Positions 32,401 through 45,200 of a stretch of DNA of 64,000 nt are shown piece by piece. The stretch covers positions 12,886,642 through 12,950,641 of the forward strand of contig OZ037770.1 in assembly GCA_964035545.1 (NCBI GenBank), given 5' to 3'. Every line of letters begins with the position of its first letter. Positions within the stretch are counted from its first letter, which is position 1. Both the position numbers and the translations under genes were made by a program. The notes under the pieces were generated by a model that saw nothing but the letters and a program-made list of their open reading frames with translations, did not search any database and was not told where the DNA came from. The DNA comes from Bugula neritina (taxonomy: Eukaryota > Animalia > Bryozoa).

Positions 32401-35400
32401 TGTGTACTCTGTACTAAAAAAATTACATGTAATTTTGCTGTATAAGATTTGGAGTTGTATTCACATGCATATTCTATACTCTTTACTGTAATAAACTAAC
32501 CTTCATACATACTGCACACCCACTTGACACTCATATATGTAGAAGGGTCGTGAACATAGCTGAGGAACCTCCACTTGCAACACTCTACGTTAGCACACTG
32601 TATCCACAGCCCTAAGTGTAACATAGTCAATACAGGCTCACTGCTGTAGTGTCTAGCAGGTGGCTGCAGGTATATACACCCACAAGTGTCGGCTATAAGA
32701 TTTTGGTTAGAATATCACACATGCAAATAATTATAATTGCATTGGCCTGTAATTGGTAATTTCTCAAGTTTTCAGCTTCAAAGTACATAAATTTGAGCAG
32801 TACCAAAAGTTCAAAGTAATAAAACCACTAACAAGCATAGGCACACGATTAGCATTGAAAATACTAAAAAAATACTGATCACAGCTTGACTGTCACTTAA
32901 CAATTTAGTATTTTTAATATTCCTTAAAAATACCAACTCAGTACCTCTTACAATACAACAGATGTGATCAACCAGTGGAGGTGGAGAGATGTAAATATTA
33001 GAGTCAGCAATTTAATAATAAAATCCAGTCATACAAAGTCAAATAAACATATATTGCTTATAGTAGATCTAATAGTGGTTGATGTAAGTTGCGCACCTTT
33101 AGTACATTCTTGGGTAAGACTCCAGGGCAGATGTTGATCTCTGTCATAGTCATCCCCTGGGGCTACACTCCTGGTTTTATCTCTTTTAGACGTCTTAGAA
33201 GTCTTGGCCTTCTTATTTACAGATACTTTAGATTCTCCATCAGTGAAACACTTTGGTTTCCTATTCAGTGAAATTCAAGTAATGAATTCTAAATAAAGCA
33301 GAATAGCCAACAAATAAAGCAGTCGATATATGGTCAAATTGATTTCCAGCCATCAAAATGGTTGCAACCACAATTATAGCAGTAATAGAATGTCAAAAAA
33401 GCAACTATCCAATGCTGGAATCAGCATATCTTTGCACATATATACACTGGTTATATAATATCAACCATCATGAAAATATTATAAAATCTCAAGATATTGC
33501 AGAAATAACTTGGATTGCATGATAATTGAATAAGATTTGACCCGTTAAATATTTTCCATGTTTTATTAGTATTGGATATAATTATTAACAAATGCACTGT
33601 ATGACTATATATTAAACCACAGTTACGGCTATATAAGTATTGCAGTTTTAAAACATGATTTCAACAGTAATTCACAAGGCTATATTAAAAAATAATATAT
33701 TATATATCTAAAAGAGTTTTATGACTTCATAGGAAGTTTTTTAAAAAGATATAATTCTGAGATTTAATTAAAAATTAAATAGTGTAGTTATGATTATGCA
33801 ATATGAAAATTATAGCACAGCTACGATATATAATGTAGTCTACCTTATTTTGTTCTCAGCTTTATTATCCTTAGCTCTAAAATTCCCCAAGCTGTAAAAA
33901 AGTTATGTATATTGTTCTAGGACACTACTATATAGCAATATGATGAATACTTATGTGAACGTCAAGCTTCTTATGATTTTGAACTATAAGTGTATTGCGA
34001 CAATAAAAACAGTTGAAATCCAAACAGCAACAATGTTTCATACATATATCAAAACAGCTAATCAGGCCTGATAAATCAACATTGGAGTATTTAGCATAAA
34101 CTATCTATTCTGATTTCATACATGAGGGCAACAAAATACCTGTTTAAAAATAACTTGATATATACATTGTATCATAGGAGTTTATATTGGCATACAAGAA
34201 TATGTTTTAATGCACCAGTCTGCAATATTTGCCATAATATCACACAAAAATCTGCATAGACCTACAAAGTATAAGTACAAGCAGAGAACTACAAGTACCT
34301 GTAGCCAGGTGGTTCCCTCATAGAAGCTGCTTTTTTCTTCTCTGTTTTTTGCCGATTATCCTCTTTGATACGCGACACTGGGCTTACAGACCTCCAGATT
34401 GGTGTGTTGGATTTCTGAGGGGTGACAGGTTTAGTGGTGGCCTCTTTAGGCAAACTCTGATCTGACGATTTCACTTTCTTAGACAATGGCTCGGCACAGG
34501 CTTCAAGTGCAAAACTGAAACAATTAGATGAAAAGCATGAAAGTTGAGAGTTTAGTAGATGATGTATTTCAGAGAAAGGTAGTGAGAATACAGTAGGTTC
34601 TATATTGATAACTACGATCAGTTACTTGATGTATGATTTTCATGTCCAATTATAACCGTACAGTAGTTAATAATAAAAAGAGCACAGTATAAACTGATAA
34701 AAAAAACAAAAATATTATATCCTGTATAGTAATGAACACAGCTACACTGTGCATATGGACTACTCAACTTGTAGGACTTATACTGTACATATACACATAC
34801 TTGATAGCAGCATCTAGATCAGTATCTGAGGGCACATCTTGTAAAGTGGCATATTCTTTCTGGGAAATATAGTTTACTCAGATACAGTAAATTAATGCAA
34901 ACTATAGCATGACATTCATATATTACGATAACTCAGAGTATGGAAGTAAGATAATATCATATAATGCATATTAAGCTAGTGGGTTTAAAAACTTACTATG
35001 CCTGAAATAGGATCGTCTTCTAACGGATATTCCACATTCATACGCTCCAGCACCCCATCAAATAGACTGTCATACTGCTCATTGGTCAATGATCGTACTG
35101 GTAAAGCGGATTTTACCTTTGATGCCTTCAAAAATTATTGATATAAAGAGAGAAATTCAAAAATCAAATCTAAATTAATCTAATACAGTATTTGAAATGT
35201 TATTTTAACTGATTGATTGATTGATTGCATATCACAGATGTGACAACACGTTGCGAAATTCAGTGTAAATACTGGCTATAATATAAGTAGGCATGAACAA
35301 AAATGGAAGAAAAGTCAAGTCAAAACTCTGTTGAATTATTTAAAATAGAAGCTCATTTAAAATATTTATGGTACGGTAGATATGCGAGCTTATATTAAAC

Positions 35401-35719
35401 TGATCTATATTATGTGACGATTTAGAATGAGTATAGTGATACAAAATTTATTATGGAATAATATTTTAAATTAAATTATAGAGTGTAAATTAATGCTCAT
35501 ATTTAGAATTCAGTGATCACATAGTTATATCCTTTAGTCTACTTCTTAATCAAAGCTCATGTATATACCCACCTTTGGCTTAGTTGTTTTTGAGATTTCA
35601 TTATTGCACTGGTTTCCTAATTTGCTTGACGTTTTCACATCAGACTGGGACTGAGAGTCAGACTCATGAGTTGCAGCAGTGAAAGGAGATTTGAAGCTAT
35701 GTTTTGTAGACTTATTCAT
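25418..35719 (-). CDS. ZCWPW1: Zinc finger CW-type PWWP domain protein 1
   Basis: Multi-exon gene with ATG at 35719. N-terminal [17 protein letters not shown] (exon ~34997-35125) resembles the human ZCWPW1 N-terminal motif as I recall it. zf-CW exon 32611-32501: [15 protein letters not shown]...WVCSM. PWWP: [23 protein letters not shown], then YHVTFFD...TRSWL (31396-31298). Post-PWWP helix [23 protein letters not shown]. Low-complexity 3' exons, some with approximate boundaries; stop at 25418-25420. Confidence 0.88.
29443..29537. repeat. (TG)n/(CG) compound microsatellite
   Basis: Directly visible. Confidence 0.95.
30070..30402. repeat. ~190 bp-period diverged tandem duplication in a ZCWPW1 intron
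   Basis: AATTGTAGCCTGAAATAGTTAGTACATTAAAATACTT at ~30070 and ~30260; GATTATCTCCTCT..CATGAACTAATGTA at ~30184 and ~30375. Confidence 0.85.
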
Positions 35720-36849
35720 TTTGGCAACGTTCTGAGATTTTAAAATTATAACTTAAAAATCCAGCTCTATAAAATTATAATAAGTGTATTGATAATATCA
35801 AAAGTATCAATTTGATAACGATGATAAATATAATGATACTCTATAAAACTATTACTGTATTAGTAAAAGTATCACTTTTATTATTAATATTACTCAGCAA
35901 ATTTAATACCTATAATCATACTTATAGCAATACTAAAAGTAATTTAGTACAACTAGACCCAGCACTACCTACTACTACTACTAAAAGCTGTAGAGTATAT
36001 GTATCCTGTATTATCATAACTACAAGTAAAATCATGATAATATCAATATAATAAAATTAAATTTAAATATGATGATTGATAAATAATTGTTGTAACTGTA
36101 AGATTACAACTATCACAACAGTGTTACACTATTAGTATTACCTTGTGAGCATTATTATAAGTTAATTAGGTATAACACGAACAGCAGGTGTAACTACTAA
36201 CCCAACTGTCTATAACTATAAGTATAAATATTACCCTTAGCTTATAAATTATAAATAAGACTCACAATGGCAATGAATGAATGCTATGAGTATCAATATC
36301 AGAGTAGGCAGTAGCTCTTTTCTTAAATCACTAATCACTATTTGAGTATTTAAGTATTTCACTATTTGTGTAACTGTATGACATTTAGTCTTACATTTAA
36401 TGATTTATTCTTATTCAGAATATAATTATAACTATAGCATTTAAAACTATAACTATTACCATTAGTGTTAGTATTAGACTTAGTAGTGGTACTCTAAGTG
36501 TGATCATTATCACATCATTACAAATATCAATCCAATGACCAATGTCAACATCAGCATATAGTTATACTAGTTACTGTTACAATAACATCAACTATATAAC
36601 TATTATGAGTATTACTATAAGACTAGGTTAGTCAATAACACTAACAGTAAATCTAAATAACTATTAGTTTAAGTATAGCATTAGTAATACTATTACTATT
36701 ACTATTAGTATTACTATTAGTAATATTTACTCATGTTGATGTTAACTTTGAAAGTGTGGCTATCATTGTGACTATTACTATTGCAACGGCATAAACATAA
36801 AATTTAGTTTCACAATTAGTATTAGTATAAGTAAAACTATAAGTATCAC

Positions 36850-37600
36850 TGCATCGTTTTCACTCCGACTTTTAGTTTCAGTGTCAGAATCATTCTCATT
36901 CTCATTCTGAGAATGAGAATGCCATGATCCTTGTCTATAACAGTAACACTATAACTATATTTATGCTTATATAATTCAGTTGAGCGAAAGTTAAAATTAT
37001 TTATTGCAAACTCTTACAAATTACAAATACATTTCTCAAAACAAAATAAGTGACAATTGGTGTATCTGTGACTGTGATGACTTAAATTATAAATACGTAA
37101 ACCTAGATGAAAATTTATAATTGGCGATATGAAATATAGTCTGCTGAAGTCACGTGAGATATGTGGGTTATTACAAAGTTAAAACGTAAAAATAAAATAT
37201 TGATTATCAAAGTAAAAAATTATGAAAATAGTTTAATAATTATTGCATAAATTTTATAATGTTTTCAATTAAAACTACGTAAATCAAAAATTTTGAATTT
37301 TTACTATCCTAATTTGCCGCTAACCGTCAAATTAATATGGCGATTGCTTTTAGGGAACAACTAGCGCTCTCTTCTCACAAAATCACATCTGTGTTGGTTG
37401 TAGTTTATTATATTTAAGGTTTTGCTGAAAAGTGATCAAATTTGTGCATTTATATTTAATCCAATTGTCATTTGACAAGTAAAGGTAAGTTTTATGTTCC
37501 TTTATTCTCCGCAAAGCATGTAAAGTATTGATTTAAGAAACCGGAAATACTTTTTCCATCAAGTAAACAAACCCACGTGCTATTGTATTCGTTGTGCAGT
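36850..37600. promoter_or_regulatory. Probable bidirectional promoter region of ZCWPW1/MEPCE
   Basis: Lies between the divergent start codons and is locally CpG-enriched. CACGTG at 37151 and ~37574, AATATGGCG (YY1-like) ~37334, CCGGAAA (ETS-like) 37541. Untranslated-exon donors at 37485 (+, AAG|GTAAGT) and ~36265 (-, GTGAGT). Confidence 0.5.
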
Positions 37601-39264
37601 CGAATCTCCCTTACAACAACTTCAAGGTCATGAAATTGAATTATATTCTTGTTTCGACCATATTCATATTGATACTATTATTATAGTATACCTAAATATA
37701 AACTACAATCACATTTACTGTACTTGAGTGCTGGGTACTTGGACTTCGGAACTATGCCAAACTTAAACTTAAAGCTAATCTAAGAGTATCAGTAACTGTA
37801 AGTCTTAATCTAAGACTGCTCCCTAAGTTACTTAGTTAGTGGCTAAGAGTAAGACTACAAGTAAGTCTAAAAGTAAAAGTAAATCTAATCACTAAATCTA
37901 ATGCTAATAGCAATGGAAAATGCTAAACTGAAACTCAATGACTATGAGCAATGATTACTGTAGAACTAGTACTGCAACTACTACTAAAACTAAAAGTAGA
38001 AGTCTAGATAAGGATATTTTAATTTATATCGTAAACTTACAGTTACTGTAATGATAAGGTAATAACCATAATTGATAATGATGAACTTAGAGTTAGTCTT
38101 GAAGTTAAAGTGATATGTGTATTGATATTATAACGAATCTAAGGACTTTTATAATTATTAAATTTAGTGAGTAATCATAAATCAGGGATTGTAATCCTAT
38201 GACTATCATTATAGTGAATATAATCATATTGACATTAATTTAAAAATTTGAAACATCAAACTAAATATGAGACCTAGATTGTCAGTGTTCCTTGGTAATT
38301 ACTATTATGAAATCAGTGTGATCATTATACTTATCACTATTGCAAATTACAGTATAAGTCAATTAGTAAGTTTAATCTATAAACAAAACTTGAACATCAA
38401 CAATAAAAAGAGTGTAGTCTTTTTAATCTTTTGACATTTAGTCACTTTGAGAACTATTACTGGTATTGTAGAACTAAATGTCTGTTATATTAGTATTTTA
38501 TGAATTATTTTGGCAAATAAAGTTACTGTTACATTAGTAACAATAATAATAATAATCAGAAATAATCTTATTTAAATTTAAACTTTGTGCTATCACAGTG
38601 AATATGTATGCAGTCACTAAATTTTGTTATATTAAAATTCTGCCATTAGGCCATACTTTATTATAATTAAACAATGTTTTAACTCTAATCAATATTATAA
38701 ATAAAAAGGCTCTATGGTTTATAAAAATGGCTTTAATTTTTTTTCCTACCAGTATGTTGATTAATTCTGATTGTTAGTTTTTTACTTGTAATTTAGCGCT
38801 CAATACACAACACATATACATCTTTTCAGTAAATATACTGAAACTAATTTCATTCATTATTGATACTATAGGTGAAACATGAGTTCAGATTCTAGTGAAA
38901 ATAATGTTTTAGAACTCACAGTATCATTATTCGAAATTAAATTAATGAGTTCAATAACGACAGTCTAATTTAGCTCAACAGCTTAACCTAAGACTAAACA
39001 CTGCTGAGGTGCTTTAGTACGTGTTCAACATGTAATTATTATTTCTCTTTCTGTGTACTTCCGTGGTAAGCCTGTAGCTCTGGCTCAAATTGAGTGCTTA
39101 AATTTCTATCATAGTTTATTTTGCTACCCATATAGTAATAAAAATTCAACCAATCTGTTTTCAATTTTCATTCTTTTAAAGTAATTTGTCTTCAGGAAAG
39201 TATCAAATCAATAACAATTTATAGCTTTTTCGGTGTATAAGATTTGGATTGGGGTTTTTTAGTC

Positions 39265-42200
39265 ATGAGTGTTCAAGTGAAAACTCCAACACACACCTCT
39301 TCCTTTGAAGGCGGGGCTTCCGAAACTGCTCAACCACGCATGTCTTCGGACAGCGCTAAGAAACGAAGGTAACCATCACATTTTGATCAATTTACTTTTA
39401 AGTCTAAATTGAATTTATCAGCACCTGCATATTTGTATATATTATATTTTGTAATAATCGGTTATGGAAATTATATCAATCTAGGAGTAGTGAATGTTGT
39501 TTGACCAGTTTTTTCCATCATATCATTGCCCAACTTCTCTCATTGTTTCATTGTTATTATTATTATTGTTTTTTCTAATAGCCTCTCCATATCAAATTAT
39601 CATCAAACAGTTGCATAATATCTTTGGATGGTAGTTCACCAGTGCCTCTACAGTCTTTCCTGTTACAAAACAAATCATTTTTGGCATTCATGACATCCAG
39701 GGCTCAATTTAATTTAGTTGTTGACTGATATAGTAATGAATTCATACCGAATCAGCCAAGTAAGAGTAGTACAGTTTTCACTTTATGATTATTAAGAGTC
39801 TATCATTGGCTGTTAAAAACATAACAGCGATTCTACAGTTTCATTGATTGTAGGTATGCAGAGCATGATGGCTTTAGTATGTCTAAAAAGAGACGTAACT
39901 CCGCTAATTACAAATCTGGCCGACTACATTCTGGCAATGTTAAACTGTACAAGGGGGGCACTCTGACGGACCCCCTCAACTTGTCTAGTCTTGAAAACCG
40001 AACCCAGCCTTCACCGGCGCCCTCCCCTAACGCTTACCTGGAGAAGCTGGCAGCCCCTCGTCCTCCACCTAGGATCAGTAACCTCGCTGACCCTCTTAAC
40101 CTTACTGTAGATATCGATACAGGGGAGACGATTGGTCCATTGTCACCAACAGGTAACCTAATTCAGTAGTTTCTTTCTATCTGAATTAGAGATAAGTTTA
40201 CCTGAGTAACTAATTGAGTGAGAGAAATGTTTTCTCATGTCAGTATAGTGGACATTCAAGGTGGGGATAACTTCTCAGCTACTATTGGGCATGAGTGTTA
40301 TGCATACCTACGTAAAAAGCAAGTCTGCAGTAGAAATTTTTGCTGTTGCAAATGGCGGGTTAGATTTGTTGGTTTACTTGTGTGACCATTTTTCCTGTGT
40401 TAATAGCCTGAGGTTGGCCGTGATGGAGGGGTAAACCTCGTACAGCCCAAACTATTCCTCTAAGGCAGATATTCTTTGAAGATATTCTGCCACTGGCTAA
40501 GAGATTTCCTGCACATGCTAATATATATATATTTATAACATTCAATCCGCAAAAGTTTATTTATATAATTGATATAAAACTACAATAAAAGTTGCAGTAT
40601 GCTAAAACAATATACACTTTTGCTAATCTCAGTCACTAAATTTTTATGGTGACAAAAAGGAAGTTTTCTATTTAAACTCATTTGAATTGTCTATGCATCC
40701 TTGAGGATATGCCAACCTACGTTATTGAATGGCAGTCTTAGAAGACCAACACTTTTCAAGCTTCAAGGGTTTTCCTCTTGTAATTCTTGTAACTTGTTGG
40801 CTGATGCTGATCAGAGTTATCTACCCTTGTGTCTATACTGCAGGTCCAATCAGGTACAAGAGAAAGAGACTCTCCAAGAAGACCAGACAGAAGCTGGAAA
40901 TAGACTTTGACTCTGACCATGAAACTGATGCTAACTCTACTGCAATACCTTCTCGTGTCGCAGAGACAAGTGGTGAGATTTCCTTCCAGCTATTTTCTGT
41001 TTCTCTGCTGAAAATGTGCAGCATGAGAGTGTTTTTAAAATAAAAATTATATTTGCCTGCTTTAGTTGGTTGTTGTTTTCCGTAGGTTGAATTTAAACTC
41101 GGGTGTTTTCTGTCACCTAATGGTTGCCCTTAGCATCAAATACTTCCTTGCTTTTAAATTGTAAATTCTACTAATGCATGACAATTTTTAATGAGTCTAA
41201 TTATCTGAATTATTGGCCATCTTTCTACTTGTGAGATGACTGTTTTAAACAGAAAGTCCCAACAGCTGATAAGCTGAGCTTCTCGTCTAGCGTAGGCTCC
41301 CAGGGACAGGTTACTAGGTGAAATTGTTTTAAATAAACTGCGCCATCAGTTGCAGCATAGTACCAGTATTTAGTAGTGAAAATGACAACCAAGTTTGTCT
41401 TTATCAATATGATTTCATAGAGTTGCTCATGAATAGTGAAATAAATGAGTCATAGATGATTATGAGATAATAAAGTGAATATTTTTCACATTCTAGTTGG
41501 GTTTTCTTTATAGTTTTCAGCTTTCAAGTGTGTGGACTGCATATGAAGTTGTCTTCTCTCCATACTTGTTGAGATATTAGTCCAACATTCTATTTTATGG
41601 AGATACAGAGTGTTTTATTAGTTGAATGTCTAACCATCATTCAGCCAGTGATAGTGGAACAGCATCCTTTCTATAGCAATTCTAGATTTTGTCAATTCTT
41701 CCACTTTATGTAATCTACCTCTAGAAAACTCACGCAAGTTTATAGTCACACCCCTGTAAGAACCCCCTGATGGAAAGGGTTTTTGTTGAATCGGGCTAAG
41801 AATTTATTTACATTTACGTTTACATGACTGGATGCTCTTCCTAACATTACCAATGGCCTTCGTGCGGGGGGGGGGGGGGGCTCGAACCCATGACCTCGTG
41901 TTTACTAGGCCAACGCTCTAACCCCTAGACTACGGCTGCTCCTTGCAATCTACCTCTAGAATTGTGACAAATGTTAATACCCTTTACATCATGTCTTGGT
42001 GACTTACTCTGTCAACCAGTATAACAGTATCTCACAAATCCCTGAGTGTACCTAATATCCCTACTACCCCATACCTCTGTTGGACAATGTGACTCATCGC
42101 CTTGCATAGGCCTCACGGCTCATTGGCTGTTGACTAGCTATTTGATGCTTACACCGTGTTACAGTTCAATGACAGAACTATTAACAGGGGAGCCGCTAGA

Positions 42201-45200
42201 GGCAGCACAAACTTATGGGCCATTGAGCACAGTAATTGTATAGACATTGGTGTCTAAACTCCTCTCTCCAATCACTGCACTCGGTGACTGCTAACTCGGT
42301 GCTGCTTTATGCTATTTCCCTAATTTTAGCTAAGTAATTTTTCCAAACATGAAAAGTGTCTTTTGTTTGTAGAAGAAGCCCTGCGCAGGCTACGAGACCC
42401 CCTCAATCTGAGTGGTAGTCCTATATCCACCCCTCCAGTCAATGCTGCTGATGATCTAGTCCCTGAAAGTACCTCACGAATTGGTAGGTTGCCGTATATT
42501 AGCATAACAACTGCTCAAGTGTTGAACAGTTGTATTTCACTTATGACACATGTTTATTTTTGATTGTTGTAGATGACAACTCCGAACCTGGGGTCAGCAA
42601 TTCTCTATCAACCGATCTCTCCGCACTTTCAGGTAAGTCTGATTGATACTAAATCATTGCTAACACAGTCCTTGAACTGTGCTTCTACGGTGCTTACACT
42701 GTGCTTATATGCAGTGCCTACACTGTTTGTATGCAGTACCTACACTGTGTTTGTACAATGCATACACTATGCCCATTCGGTGCTTGTACAGTGCTTGCAC
42801 AGTGCTTGTACAGTGCTTGTACAGTGCTTGTACAGTGCCTGTGCAGTGCCTGTGCAGTGCCTGTGCAGTGCCTGTGTAGTGCTTGTGCAGTGCCTGTGCA
42901 GTGCCTGTGCAGTGCTAATGGCATACAGGCCGCATTGTTTTCAGTATTGAATGAAGTTATTTTTATCTTGCTGAAGGTGTGGCACAGAAGCTTGTCTCTA
43001 CTTCCACCAAAATACAGGGTATTTCAAAGTCAAAATCGAAAAACAAACAGAAAAAGTCATCAAAGTCAAGTCACCAGCGAAACGCGACTTCCAATCCCAC
43101 GTCTTCGTCACATAACCCTCGTCTGTTTGTCTACGGAAATTATAACCGTTACTATGGATACCGGTCACTAGATAAGATGGAGGTAGATCCAAGGGTACAA
43201 GCTATGAAAGCCTCGTGGTTTGCCAACAAGTGTGTATTAGATGTGGGGTGCAACATTGGTGAGTTTAAACTCCTGTCATATGAAAGAGAGCCAACATAAT
43301 GTTTGGTAAATTGTAGAACTACATTCTTTAGTGGTATCAATTTTATCATTTTGATAATGAGGAAAAAAGGGAGCGGCCATGGTGTAGTGGTTAGAGCACT
43401 GGGCTAGTAATAACAAAGTTAGTGGTTAAAGCTTAAAAACCATTGTTGATGTTAGGTAGAGCATTCAGTCATAATTGCTCCTGTGTCACAATAGTGAAGA
43501 ATAAATCCTTTAAAACTCGCTTTTCAATCAGGGGTTCTCACAGGGGTGGTGACTATAAACTTATCTGAGAGAATTTGTATCATTATAATCTAACTTGTGC
43601 ATGCAAACCACACCCTTGTTATGCCAGAATATGGAATTAGTTTTATTGAGTGTATAATATATATATATTTTAAGTTTAGTAATGGATACGTGCCATTTGA
43701 CCTTGTAGTTAAGTTAACAACAGCATAGTACACCCCCCTCCACCCCTCCTCCCTCCTCCTAGTAAGCTGTAGTACCCCTCCATTTACTACGCAGTAGAAT
43801 ATATGCTGCATTCATCTACTCAGTTGCTCATTCGGTCTTGGAATACCAACTGAACAATTTCTGTATCTCCAGCAGAGACTAGATTAATGTGAAGATTACA
43901 ATAATTTCCTAATTTCTGTCAGAAGAGTTTTTACTGAAAATAATTTACTATGTTGCAAAGAGAGAATTTAGGCATTTACCACGAATAGTTTATGTTATGT
44001 TTAAATGGAGAACATAGACAGTGAAATAAATTGCTCTAAGCTGTAGGAGTTGTTTTCTCTCAGCTTCATTATTCTTTGAATTCCCTATGCCACCACTTCC
44101 TCTTTGGTGTCTAGTATAAGCATTTTGTAGGTCATGTGACGCTCACCGTGGCCAGAGAATTCTTGCCGTCCCGAGTGGTTGGTATTGACGTAGACAGCAA
44201 GCTAATTAGCATTGCCCGGAAGAACATCAGGTATTACAAGGATAAACACGCCGAGCAGAAGTACCCAACTTCCTGTCCGTCAGTCTACGGACCAATCAGC
44301 ATCCCGGCTGGCTCCAGTCACGATACAGCCGGCTCTAGTTCAACTCCTGTCAACAATTTCCCCAATAACGTTACGTTCATGCACGTGAGTGGCGTTATAT
44401 TTATATAGAAGTTATAAATAGTAATCAACAGAAGTAATTTTGGCTATGTGAAGTCATCCAGTTCGGTGCTGCTTTTAGCTTTTCCCTCAATGTTTGTGAT
44501 CTGCTGTGGAAGTAGGTTCTAAGGCAGCACTTCATAGTTGCTAGCATTCCAGTCAGATCACCCCCAGGGCACTTGCTACAATCTGTCACTGATAAGTTTT
44601 GAAAATGCAACCTGGATTTGCTGCTGCGTTGATAAATTGTGTAGATAGTGTCAATATATATAATGCTATATCTTCGTATATCTAAATTCATACATCCTAG
44701 TATTGTAATATGCTGCACTCGTATATATGAATATGATATTACAGTGCTTCATTCATATCTCACTTCAAGCTCCCGAAACCTCAAGTAGGATATTAGATTT
44801 AACCTACAAATTCGGCCATTTGCCCCTATACACACACAGTACATAAGCCACAAAACGAGGGCCCAAGCCCTTCCCGTGACCAGTGGAATATGTTGAGAAA
44901 TGGAACCGTGAGACTTGGAGAGAGCACTGTATTGACATGCTGTATTCATATATCATGCTAGTATTATAACATAATAATATAGTAATATAATAGCACTGTT
45001 GGCTCTACAGCGGCATTGTACTACTCTAAGAGCAATACACTATATACATGTATAATAGTATTGTATTACACTCGTATATTACAGTCTACAGCACCTATGC
45101 ATACTCATTGCTGTTTATCTGTGCTAGTATTATAATACACTACATTTATATGTATATACTATATACTATACACCATACACTATACACTCTCTTAGTAACA

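Noticed and set aside
36891-36921. CATTCT/AGAATG inverted repeat in the ZCWPW1-MEPCE interval
   Set aside because: Short simple-repeat palindrome; no further evidence of function.
41870-41946. Possible tRNA-Thr gene
   Set aside because: The acceptor stem cannot be formed; it continues into a shared SINE body and is flanked by a TSD.
42573-43171. Cys-rich metallothionein/keratin-like ORFs
   Set aside because: Produced by the 11 bp intronic minisatellite.
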